This document shows positions 28,850-40,370 of a stretch of 64,000 nt of DNA, in pieces. Position 1 is the first letter of the stretch, and every line of letters starts with the position of its first letter. Made by a program: the position numbers and the translations under genes. The notes beneath the pieces were generated by a model. It did no database searches. It saw only the letters and a program-made list of their open reading frames with translations, and was not told the DNA's origin. This DNA is from Tubulanus polymorphus (taxonomy: Eukaryota; Animalia; Nemertea). The stretch lies in NCBI RefSeq assembly GCF_964204645.1, contig NC_134026.1, positions 30,352,150 to 30,416,149 on the forward strand, read 5' to 3'.

Positions 28850-30127
28850 GTTTCTAGTCGTCCATCAAACGTGTAATAGTGACGTGACAACTGACTTCCC
28901 GGCGCAACAATAACCCTACAAATATAAATCATGGGGGAAAAATAATTTGACAGCAGGCAAATTAAAATTGGGGGAACTGTCAAAAATACAACATTGATTG
29001 TCAATGACAATGAGAAGTACAATGTTACACATCTCATCACGTAAATACTTATCAAGAAATGTTTGTCTACAAGGCCTATTGATCTGGTGTATTCATCAAA
29101 TCATTTATCTACGGTAATTAGTCATGATTAATTAGTAGTAAAAAGAATGGTCGTATTTACGTGGCACTAACTACTGGTCCGTACGCTGGCGCCACCTAGA
29201 CTATGATTACGAATCAGGGACTGCTGAAGCGTTTTCAACGTTAAATAAACGATTACCTGCAGTTATTCGAGATCGTTAGATCACCACCGATACATTGTCT
29301 ATTAAACCCGTGCGTTTAAATCTATGTCATAAATCTAATGAACTCGTAAATTAATATTTAAATAGAGTCGTTGTTTACTTTTCCGCGGCGGCCATTAATG
29401 CGCTGAGGGTTTGTACGCCGTTATAAAGCACGGCTTAAATGCCGTGTTGAACTGTTGACTAGAAGTAGCAAACCGACAAATGAACTAATGTTATCTCCCA
29501 AATGCTCCCTAATGTTATCGTTTGAATATAAAAGCATATAGAATTGATTACGAATACGAATTTATTTACACTGACTCCAACCATTTCCATGGTACACGGA
29601 GGATAAATATTAATACGAATATTTACAAAACAACACTTTAATGATAAAATGCAAAGAAATAAAAACGTTACAAAATCCATGGGTCCAGCGGCCGTCAGGT
29701 GTCAATGAACTCAAACCACTACAATGGTACATTGAGGATAAAAGACTTCGAAATTCGTTCAAAAAACATGCAGTTAATAATAATCAGTTTCACACACACG
29801 CAGTTTTGATACTATCCATATTGCTTTCGCTACTTTTGATACTTTTAATGATTTCCTAATGAAGTATTCCTTTTAGACTAACGTGATATTGAGCCTTGAT
29901 TACAAGATTAAAACCAAATTTGAAAACGGAATATTTCTAATGTACTGTCAGATGATCTTATTAATGATTTTACTAAGTTGGGTCAACAGTCGCCATAGGA
30001 AATTTAAGATCCCAATATTTACCAAAAAAATATGTACAGAGACCAAATACTATAAAATGTATGATTTTATTTGACAAGTTTTGTACATACCGCGTATTGA
30101 TTTTTTGTCCTTTTTGGAAATTAGTGT

Positions 30128-30281
30128 TGTACGGTGCTGCCGCTATGATCAACATTAGCGGATTTTGCATTAACTAACGCAAACTGACACTGGCAGTAGA
30201 CTCTTCTTGATTGCCAGAGTCGATTCACGTTAGTGTATGAAAAATCCGCTAATGTTGAGTCTAGCGGCAGCATCGGACGGT
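30128..30281. mobile_element. Foldback MITE (TACCGTACGGTGCTGCC family), diverged copy
   Basis: acggtgctgccgcta..cattagcggatttt / aaaatccgctaatgttga..tagcggcagcatcggacggt. Confidence 0.7.
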
Positions 30282-30319
30282 GTAGTCTGTCTGGCAGCAC
30301 GTCGATTTCATTTTTCTCA

Positions 30320-30680
30320 ATCAGTAATTACTGGGCTCTAACTTTGGACACTCCTGTAATCCTCTATTCAGAATCAGGACCACTCTGAATCAGTATCAGT
30401 AATTACTGGGTTAGAACCCGGGACACTCCTGTACATCCTCTATTCAGAATCAGGACCACTCTGAATCAGTATCAGTAATTACTGGGTTGGAATACGGAAC
30501 ACCTGTCCATGCTCTATCAGGACCGCTTCGAATCAGTATCACTGATTAATTGGGTTGGAACCCGGGATACCCCTGTACATCCGCTATTCAGCATCAGGAC
30601 CACTCTGAATCAGCATCAGTAATTATCGGTTCAAACCCGGTGGGACACCCCTGCACATCCTCTATTCACCATCAGGACCA
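30320..30680. repeat. ~70-75-bp minisatellite (ggacacccctgtacatcctctattcag..cagtaattactggg)
   Basis: About 5 units; the same unit recurs at 43850-43975 and 44192-44220. Confidence 0.85.
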
Positions 30681-31365
30681 GTTCTCCTTAACTAAAATAA
30701 TTGAGTTCAGGTGATTGACTGGAGACAATACGGAATTCCAAGATTGAGATTGAAATGTCTGGGTCTAAGTGATACTGGATTCGAAGTAGAGCCGATCAGT
30801 CCACTCACTGTTCAGAGAAAAACAACACAAACAATTTGTAGTGAACGAGTAAACAAATGGGTTTTAGTAGTTGTGATTAATAGTTGTATTTAAGCAAACA
30901 AATAGTTCAACCATTTATCAAACACCATAAAATCAATATAAACACCACAAAATCAATATATTTATCAATGTGACAAATAAGACAAGATAAAACTGAAAAT
31001 CATTGTTTAACAATGATATACAACATAAACAAATCATTTGATCAATATAACGAGATGGATAACACTTTCACTATTGTAGCTTCATCGGGGGGGGGGGGGG
31101 GGGGGTGGATGAGTGCGCACAGTGAATGGAGAAACATGAGCTTGTACTTCATCAAATACAAGTCACACCTGTCTATTCTACACAAAGTTGAGAATACAGC
31201 TTCTCTACAAATCCTCATATCATTTATCATCAAACATATTTTAACTTCAAACATGTTTTGAAACAAACATATTTTAACTTGTTTTATTCAAATTCGAATA
31301 AAATTCGAATTGAACACACATATTCATACACAGGGTTAGATGCACACACAAGAATTCCCCAAGTC

Positions 31366-31618
31366 CGAATTCCAGTAACGAATTAGAGTTCTCCAAGTTC
31401 TAGTAACGCATTAGAGATCTCCAAGTTCCAGCAACGCATTAGAGTTCTCCAAGTTCCAGCAACGCATTAGAGTTCTCCAAGTTCCAGCAACGCATTAGAG
31501 TTCTCCAAGTTCCAGCAACGCATTAGAGTTCTCCAAGTTCCAGCAACGCATTAGAGTTCTCCAAGTTCCAGCAACGCATTAGAGTTCTCCAAGTTCCAGT
31601 AACGCATTAGAGTTCTCA
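31366..31618. repeat. 28-bp minisatellite (gcattagagttctccaagttccagcaac)
   Basis: About 9 tandem units. Confidence 0.9.
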
Positions 31619-31619
31619 A

Positions 31620-32450
31620 ACGATCAACACGCGCCACCTGATTATCAAAGTCAACATCCAGTTAAATCATCAAGTTTCACACGTTTTCACCTACAAGACA
31701 ATCAAACAACAAACATTAAAGGATATTTTCAACAATCAATAAATCATTACAAGTCGTTTATCTAGTACAATATATACCTGATTTATAGTCTGTTCAGATT
31801 CATGACTCATCCATTCTTTCATTGTTTCTATGGAAGATTATTCATGTGAATCCTTGCAGGTATTTTTGCATCTTGTAGTAACATAAACATCTCTAGATAT
31901 TTCCTACTTACAACAGGAAAACTCAAAATATGAATGATATTGAATAATGTGAGACTTGAAAATTGATTCATGTAATTTCAATATCATACCTGATTTAAAG
32001 TCAGTTCAGACTATAAATGACTCAACGTTCCTTTGCAACTGTTAACTTTGTTTGTGACTCTTCTTTGCAGCTTGACTGAGGCAGTTAACTCAGTACTACC
32101 AGAAATTCATAAAGACTAGTCTTTATGAATTTTTGGTACTACTGATCTCAGCGGTGACGTTCATCTAACTGATGCCTGGTGATTGTCTCATCTCTGGTGA
32201 CTCAGTTCTGTGGTAAACCTCTCAATATTCGCTACAAGATAACACAAAATATGAATAATTTTGAGACTTTGAAAATTGATTTATATAATTTCAATATTAT
32301 ACCTGATTTAAAGTCAGTTCAGACTTATGACTCGACGACTTTCCCTGTGACTCTTGTTACTTTGTTTCTGACTTTGAGGGAGATAACTCAGTACAACTGA
32401 TCTGGCTGATCTGACGCCCTAATCTCTCTACAATCACTGCAACTTAATCT
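31620..32450 (-). pseudogene. Decayed multi-exon gene or lncRNA with three duplicated exon ends
   Basis: Three copies of ..TCTGAACTGACTTTAAATCAG|GTAT (near 32300, 31988, 31778), each followed by a 70-90 nt AT-rich segment ending in TAG; the frames I checked contain stops. Confidence 0.4.
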
Positions 32451-32839
32451 CCACTTTATTATTTCAGACATTGATAATCAATCATTCAATCATTAACATA
32501 TCATACTTTTTCTACAAAATAGGTATTTAAGATTGTTTGTTTGTAGAATTAATGCTTTTCAATGACAAACACTGAAATCTTGTCACAAATTATCTTATTC
32601 CATACACAGAAGAAAGAGAGATAGCACTCTACATGCCGATCCAAGTTTTTTACCATGCGCATGGACCCGCAGGTGTGCATGTGTATCCCCTGAAATATAC
32701 ATAAACACAATTTGTGTGTCTTTACGTATTTATTGCCATTTTATGCAAGTTAATGTATGGATGCATCAGTGCAAAGTGAGACGTCAATTGTTTTCACACA
32801 ATTTTATGATGATCGATCTCTTTATAAGCGAATGGACAC

Positions 32840-33050
32840 GACTTTTAAAGAATGGGCTCCAATGCATTGATATAACACTCCAGAGCGAACCATGGCATAA
32901 TATCAACCTTAAATGGCTAAACAGAACAGCTAGGCAAATCCTGGAGGATCAATTGTTGTAGAAATGGACCAGTGATCTCGAAGATGAGAGACAATTTGCA
33001 GACAATTAAGACTCAGTTTAGCTTCAAGGGCTATCTAACACATCTGCTGA
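32840..33050 (+). mobile_element. Degraded non-LTR retrotransposon ORF2 C-terminal fragment
   Basis: LKWLNRTARQILEDQLL*KWTSDL..TQFSFKGYL resembles the recalled WLK..KQRL.DQF.Q.W...F.FE.YL region of LINE ORF2. Confidence 0.5.
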
Positions 33051-33381
33051 AGATGTATTCAAACGTAAACTTAAGATGCATTCAAATATTCAAATGTTGC
33101 ACTTTATCAGAATATTGTTTGTAAATTACCGCGTCAAATATGAGCAGAACATTTTTGAATACAACTCCGGAACTACATCAGAGCTATGAAGTGCTTTCAC
33201 CCACCGTATCTTTAGATACAGATTTCGCGCATCAAAAAATATCAAAATGTGTTACTCTTCCACAACTGAGGAGTCATCAGCGGCTCATCAGTTCATCACT
33301 TGCGTATCTACGGACAATCAAGTCTACGAGGTTTTAATGTGTAACATTCCTGATACTTAATAGTTTTTCTTTTCACTTCAG

Positions 33382-34410
33382 CTGAATCAAGTGAGAGATG
33401 TAATCAAGAAAAATGAAGAGTCTAGCCACCTTAATGATAAAGTAACTCCTGGTCCTCGATTGGGGTCTAAATTGCAGGAATTGCATTTAGATAAATTATG
33501 CAGTAGGTATGGGGCGTCCGAAATAAAAAAGATAAAGGCAGACGTGCGGCTCGTCCTACCCCACCGAGACAACCAAATTTTGAGGAGGAGAGCAGTGGTG
33601 AGGAGGAATTCGCCACTCCTGGAGCGCAACCACCACCAAAATGTAATATGCATGACCCTTAATGTTTTTTTTTTCATTCCAGATATAGACATAATAGAAC
33701 ACATAAAGAACGACCAGTCTGAAGCAGCCCGCAGAACCCTTCCAGGATTAAAAGACATTTATAAAAGGTGTGTATCGATCTGCGGGCCTAAGGAACCAAC
33801 TCTTCCTGAAATCATTCCACCTTTTGAGTTGGTTCCTATGCAGGAATGATAATTTAATGTTAATTATCATTATTTAATATAAACTCGAGTTAGCTATTTC
33901 TTAGAATCAATAATTTTCGATTCTCTTGATTTTTGTAACATTGTTTTTACGTTGAAGCAGCAAGAGCAGTAAATCAAGCAACAGCAGCAGTACATAGCAT
34001 TACAAAACTACAACATCAACTTCATTCAACTTCAACTTCTACTTTGACGCGACCAGCCTACTGAAGTTGGTGCGCGCCGAGGTTCTCACATTAGATCCTG
34101 CATCCCTCGGTGCGTTTTGTGATTTGAGTAAGTACAAACTCTACTTCATCAAATTCTCGATTATTTTTAGTGACAAGCATCTCAAATTATCTCCAACAAA
34201 GATTGCAAAGGTGCATTAACCTTCTGTCGTCTCATAAGCCGTTGGAGCCAATTTCACCAACAACCCTGCTGTGGTTGCCCCGACAGAGGCGCCACAGGTC
34301 CAGACTCCTGCACCGCGCGGGTCGCCCCGCAAGAATAAAAAAGAAATAAATTATGCAATAGGTTTGGGGCGGCCTAATTAGAAAAGATCAAAACGTGCGG
34401 CTCCTCAGCA
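33382..34410 (+). pseudogene. Decayed exons of the same orphan family
   Basis: INYAVGMGRPK* with an in-frame stop, then QPNFEEESSGEEE..; possible terminal exon 33683-33849; ATG-deleted copy of the LKLVRAEVL exon at ~34055-34127. Confidence 0.5.
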
Positions 34411-35358
34411 ATTGGCCAACATCTGTCAAATTGCCATGACTGTCAGGTCTCGTTTATTGAAAAGACTATGCCCTATGCCCTATGCCTGAAGAGGGGATAA
34501 TGTAACTCCCGAAAACGTTCGCTACAATAAATATACATTACTCATTAGAAAATGAGATTTGTATTGTTTTTGCTTCTATAGATTTTAAATCATCTTGATT
34601 CTCTACCTAAGATCTAGAACTGTACATGATAGTGATAATGATAATGATACTACCCGCCCCCGCTGTGGAGCTAGTTGCACGTGGCCCTGGTTGGTCTAAG
34701 AACATATGCATTAAAGATCCATTGTGATTGCTCCGCATGATGTTGAAGGGGCCTTTGATGGCAATTATAGATTCATTAAAAATAAAAGACAACGCTGACA
34801 TTAAAAGACCATCCCCCTTCACTCTCCATCACTCCTAGCAACAAACACCAGCCCATACACGTCTGCAGATCGACACTACTTTCCATTACTCCATCAACAG
34901 TATTATTTGGAAAAGGCAGCAATTAGTGTTTTCACACTGAGTTTTAAAAACTTATTCACTTCGTCGGTCTGCAGTTCGCGCGGTGCCACAAAAAACTTCA
35001 CCTCCCCTTGCATTAGGAACCAGTGGGCGTGCAGTCCTGCATTTCAATTTTATTTTCAAAAATAATAGTAAAAACAAGATCCCATCATTTTCGACGGGAG
35101 TTTTACGGTTCTCCCAAAAAAATCATAAAATAAGAAAATTATCTAAAAAAGTCATCAATTTTATTTCATCCCTTGGTTTATTATATTGGGCAAATTCTAA
35201 ATTTCTAAACCGCCCGACAGAGGCATCACAGGTCCAAACTCCTGTCGCCCCGCAAAAATAAAAAGGAAATAAATTATGCAATAGGTTCGGGGCGGCCTAA
35301 TAAAAAAAGATCAAAACGTGCGGCTCATAAGCACGGGGAGCCAAATCCACCAACACCG

Positions 35359-35961
35359 TTGGCTCCCCCGCGGGTGGTGGACCCTGCTTCTGCGGTGCAG
35401 GTGGTTGCGGTCACCGTATCTTCGGATACGGAGGTCGTGCCACCTGTTATCGTGAAGCAGGAGGTCGCCCCTGCCGTGGTTGCCCCGACAGAGGCGCCAC
35501 AGGTCCAGACTCCTGCACCGCGCAGGTCGCCCCGCAAGAATAGAAAAGATGTGAATTATACGGAAGGTTCGGGGCGGCCTAAACAAAAAAGAACACCAAA
35601 ACGTGCGGCTCCTCCACCACAACCAAATTTTGAGGAGTCCAGTGATGAGGAGTCCTCAGCGGCTCCTGGAGCTCCACAACCAGGGCCCCCACCACCACCA
35701 CAACCACCTGTGTGCGTGCAACCAAAAAGAAAAAGAAAAAGAAGTAATAATAATGACGATAATGATATGCCCGCCCAGGCTGGAACATCGGGCGCTCCAG
35801 CGGGGGTACCACCCGCCCCCGCTGTCGAGCTGGTTGCACGCGGCCCTGGTTGGTCTCGAAACATCCGTATAAAAGATCCTTTACAATTGCTCCGCGATGT
35901 TGAAAGGGCCTTTGATGGTAATTACACGTTTATAAGAAATAAAAGAGCACGAAGACATTAA
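35359..35961 (+). CDS. Orphan 200-codon ORF, Pro-rich, basic/acidic, with RRSPRK..VNYTEG.GRPK and KRKRKR motifs (exon or pseudogene segment)
   Basis: GC-rich open frame with no ATG start. Degraded paralogous pieces lie at 33490-33640, 34265-34410, 34630-34800, 35210-35330, 36130-36390 and 37239-37295. Confidence 0.5.
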   Translation: MAPPRVVDPASAVQVVAVTVSSDTEVVPPVIVKQEVAPAVVAPTEAPQVQTPAPRRSPRKNRKDVNYTEGSGRPKQKRTPKRAAPPPQPNFEESSDEESSAAPGAPQPGPPPPPQPPVCVQPKRKRKRSNNNDDNDMPAQAGTSGAPAGVPPAPAVELVARGPGWSRNIRIKDPLQLLRDVERAFDGNYTFIRNKRARRH

Positions 35962-36608
35962 AAATCCATCCCCCTTCACTCGCTATCACTCCGGGCAACA
36001 ACATCAGCCCATACACGTCTGCAGATCAACACTCCTTTCATCATTCATTTTTACAACCACGTTGATCACATTCATAAGTGAGTTAAAGTAAAACTCATTC
36101 ATTTCATTTCATTTCATTTCATCCTTATCATGGAGCAGGAGGTCGCCCCTGCTGTGGTTGCCCCGAGAGAGGCGCCACAGGTCCAGACTCCTGCACCGCG
36201 CAGGTCGCCCCGTAGAAATATAAAACAAGTTAATTTTACAAAAGGTTCAGGCGGCCTAATGAAAAAAAAACACCAAAACATGCGGCTCCTCCACAACCAA
36301 ATTTTGAGGAGTGGAGTGATGAGGAGTTATTGGTGGTTCCTGGAGCTCCACAACCAGAGCCCCCACCACCACCACAACCACCTGTGGATGTGCAATGAAA
36401 ACGAAAACTGTCAGTGTTTTGAGTCACTGACAATTAAGGTCAATGAGAAAGCAACCCGGAAATACTTTTAGAGCAACCATAAGTACCGATATTCAGAACG
36501 GCAGAAATCAGTGACTGTGTTAAATCACTGAAAACTACAACTACAACTACTACTTGAATTCAACTTACAACTTGAACTTCAACTTTGAACATCGACAGCA
36601 GCAACACC

Positions 36609-39476
36609 ATGTCGACAAAATCAGATATGTTTTGGGGCCTATTGAAGTTGGTACGCGCCGAGGTCCTGACTTTGGATCCTGCATCCCTCCAGGCGTTTTT
36701 TGATTTGAGTAAGTACAAACTCTACTTCATCAAATTCTCGATTATTTTTAGTGACAAGCATCTGAAATTCCTGATTTGATTTCCAACATCTGAAATTATT
36801 TGATCTCAAATTCACAATTATTTTATCTCAAATCTCCGCATTATTGGATTTCCTTAATATTTAGAAAATTATGATACCCAATAATTTAATGTTAATTATT
36901 ATTATTATTCAATATAAACTTGAGTTAGCTATTTCTTAGTATCAATAATTTTCGATTTTCTTGATTTTACATTGCAGCAGCACAGCAGTTATAAAGCAAC
37001 AGCAGCAGTACATAGCATTACAAAACTACAACATCAACTTCATTCAACTTCAACTTCTACTTTGACGTGACCATGTCAACCAAATCAGACATTTTCTTGG
37101 GACTTCTAAAATTGGTGCGCGCCGAGGTCCTGACCTTGGATGCTGAATCCCTCGGCGTGTTTTTTGATTTGAGTAAGTACAAACTCTACTTCATCAATCT
37201 CAATTAGTTCATCTTGAGTATCTCAAATTTTCCATTAGATATAGATTATGCAGTAGGTTCCGGGCGTCCAAAATCAAAAAATAAAGGCAAACATGCAGCA
37301 GACCAACTACGAGACAGCAGCAGACCAACTACGAGACAGCAGCAGACCAACTACGAGACAGCAGCAGACCAACTACGAGACAGCAGCAGACCAACTACGA
37401 GACAGCAGCAGACCAACTACGAGACAGCAGCAGACCAACTACGAGACAGCAGCAGACCAACTACGAGACAGAAGCAGACCAACTACGAGACAGCAGCAGA
37501 CCAACTACGAGACAGCAGCAGACCAACTACGAGACAGCAGCAGACCAACTACGAGACAGCAGCAGACCAACTACGAGACAGCAGCAGACCAACTACGTGA
37601 CAGCAGCAGACCAACTACGAGACAGCAGCAGACCAACTACGAGACAGCAGCAGACCAACTACGAGACAGCAGCAGACCAACTACGAGACAGCAGCAGACC
37701 AACTACGAGACAGCAGCAGACCAACTACGAGACAGCAGCAGACCAACTACGAGACAGCAGCAGACCAACTACGTGACAGCAGCAGACCAACTACGAGACA
37801 GCAGCAGACCAACTACGAGACAGCAGCAGACCAACTACGAGACAGCAGCAGACCAACTACGAGACAGCAGCAGACCAACTACGAGACAGAAGCAGACCAA
37901 CTACGAGACAGCAGCAGACCAACTACGAGACAGCAGCAGACCAACTACGAGACAGCAGCAGTAAAACTACATTGGAAATTCAACTTTGAATATCAACACC
38001 ATGTCAACAAAAATGTTTTTGGGACTTTTGAACTTGGTGCGCGCCGAGGTCCTGACACTCAATCCTTTATCCCTCGGCGCATTTTGTGATTTGAGTAAGT
38101 ACAAACTCTACTTCATCAAATTCTCGATTATTTTTAGTGACAAGCATCTAAAATTATTTGATTTCCAACATCTGAAATTATTTGATCTCAAATTTACATT
38201 TATTTTATCTCAAATCTCCGCATTATTTGATTTCCTAAATCTCAAATTGTCTAAATCTCAATTATTTCGAATATCATCAATGAAGATGTTTTTGTGGTTA
38301 TATTGAGGAAATTTATTAAATTTATTTATGAAATTTTCGGAAGCAGTTTTTCTGGTGTTCAAATCTACGCGCTAAAGCGGCTAGTTGACATGCCTAGGTG
38401 TAATACACAGACAGCTCAGTCTATTCAACCATGACTCGAATCCATAGAATCCTTTCATTCGAAACGTCGTTCAACTCAATTCTGGTGGCTTCTATAACTA
38501 ATATTTAGAAAATTATAATACCCAATAATAACATTATTGTTTTTACATTGCAGCAGCAGCAGCAGTATACAGCATTGAAACAAACTACAACTTCAACAAC
38601 GACTTGAATTCAACAACAACTAGAACTTCAACTTCATTTTCTACTTTCACATCAGCCACACGTGACGATGTCCACAAAATCAGATTTGTTTTCCGGCTTG
38701 TTGAAGTTGGTGCGCGCCGAGGTCCTGACACTGGACCGCTTATCCCTCGGCGCGTACTTTGATTTAAGTAAGTACATACTCTACTCCATCAATCTTAATT
38801 AGATCATCTTGAATATCTCAAATTCTCGATTATTTTTGATAAAAATCTCAAATTATTTGATTTCCAACATCTGAAATTATTTCATCTCAAATTCACATTT
38901 ATTTTATCTCAAATCTCCGCATTACTTGATTTCCTAAATCTCAAATTGTCTAAATCTCAATTATTTCGAATATCATTAATGAAGATGTTTTTGTGGTTAT
39001 ATTGAGGAAATTTATTAAATTTATTAATGAAATTTTCGGAAGCAGTTTTTCTGCTGTTCAAATCTACGCGCTAAAGCGGCTAGTTGACATGCCTAGGTGT
39101 AATACACAGACAGCTCAGTCTATTCAACCATGATTCGAATCCATAGAAACCTTTCATTCGAAGCGTCGTTCAACTTAATTCTTGTGGCTTCTATATTTAA
39201 TATCTAGAAAATAATAATGCCCAATAATTTAATGTTAATCATATTATCATTCAATATAAAGTGTTAGCTATTTCTTAGAATCAATAATTTTTGATTTTCA
39301 TAACTTTGTTTTTACATTGCAGCAGCAGCAGTTATACAATATACAACTTCCAATTTGACAACATCAACACATCACAATGTCTACAAAATCTGACATCTTT
39401 TCCTGCGTGTTGAAGTTGGTGCGCGCCGAGGTACTGACACTCGACCGCTTATCCCTCGGCGCGTTTTATGATTTGA
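36609..39476 (+). CDS. Tandem array of five paralogous short coding exons of unknown family (MSTKSD..LLKLVRAEVLTLD..SLG.F.DL)
   Basis: Copies at 36609-36708, 37073-37172, 38001-38094, 38668-38767 and 39377-39476. All are stop-free, start at ATG and end in phase 1 before GTAAGT; many differences are synonymous. Confidence 0.65.
37295..37961. repeat. 22-bp minisatellite (gcagcagaccaactacgagaca), ~30 copies
   Basis: Nearly invariant tandem units with no spacers. Confidence 0.95.
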
Positions 39477-40122
39477 GTAAGTATTTAACAGTTTAGATAC
39501 TCTATTTAAGATTTCGGATTCATTTCAGAGATTTGTGCTGCTGTTGTGTATTCTTCAATTATTCAACTTCAACTTCAAATATCAAATTCATAATAAACCT
39601 ATGCGTAATAGATTTAGAATTGCCTTATTTCAGAACTGTAACTAGAAAATCTTCTGTCAAAATATCCGGTCCCCTATTATAGAATACTCTATCAGAATCA
39701 ATTCAAACTATTCAAAGCGAACGTGCCTTTAAGCGTACCTACATTAAATCATTATTCAACACTTTGTAAATTTCCATTCTATACAAACCTATGTTAATGT
39801 GTAATATGTGAAACATTTTTTTTTGGTTTCTTTTCACCTGTTAATTACTTGTGTGCATGATGTGTGAGAGTGATGAATGTGGTGTGGATGCTTCTGGGTG
39901 ATACGGCTTAGATAGACTGTTTCAGTCTCTCCGTGTAGCCCCATTATCCTGTTTCATTTTTCTTCCTTTAATCATACTTATTATATCGTCCAATAATGTA
40001 ACATCGCAATGAAAATAAATTTCAATTTCAATTTCAATATTGAATATTTGAGATAACTGAGATATGTAACTGAGGTATTTGTGGCTTACTAGTTGAGATA
40101 ATGTAATAAAAGTAAAAACTTA

Positions 40123-40370
40123 CTTAATTAACAAACAGGTCAAGGGCACGGCCTTAAGGATGAAAGGAAATGCTGTTGCTGCCATTTCAATGTCTAAACC
40201 TGTAGACCACGGAACAGGTTGAGGGCACCACCGTTCATCAACGCCTCGACCTTTACTGCCTTTGATATGTCGTATGTTGACATGTTGAAGATCAGTTGTA
40301 GTGCCTGTAGTTGTTTAATTGTAGGTTGTATCTGCTGCTGATGCTGCTGCTGCTCTGGATGCTGCTGCCA
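40123..40370 (-). pseudogene. Inverted, diverged copy of the MSTK exon unit (MSTYDISKAVKVEALMNGGALNLF)
   Basis: Same layout: acceptor, CAG-rich leader, ATG-TCA-ACA, ..AA|GTAAGT; interrupted by a stop. Confidence 0.5.

Noticed and set aside
35311-35872. Several overlapping antisense and alternative-frame ORFs
   Set aside because: Shadows of the GC-rich 35359-35961 frame.
37295-37961. CRISPR-like regular repeat
   Set aside because: No unique spacers, no cas genes, eukaryotic context; it is a minisatellite.
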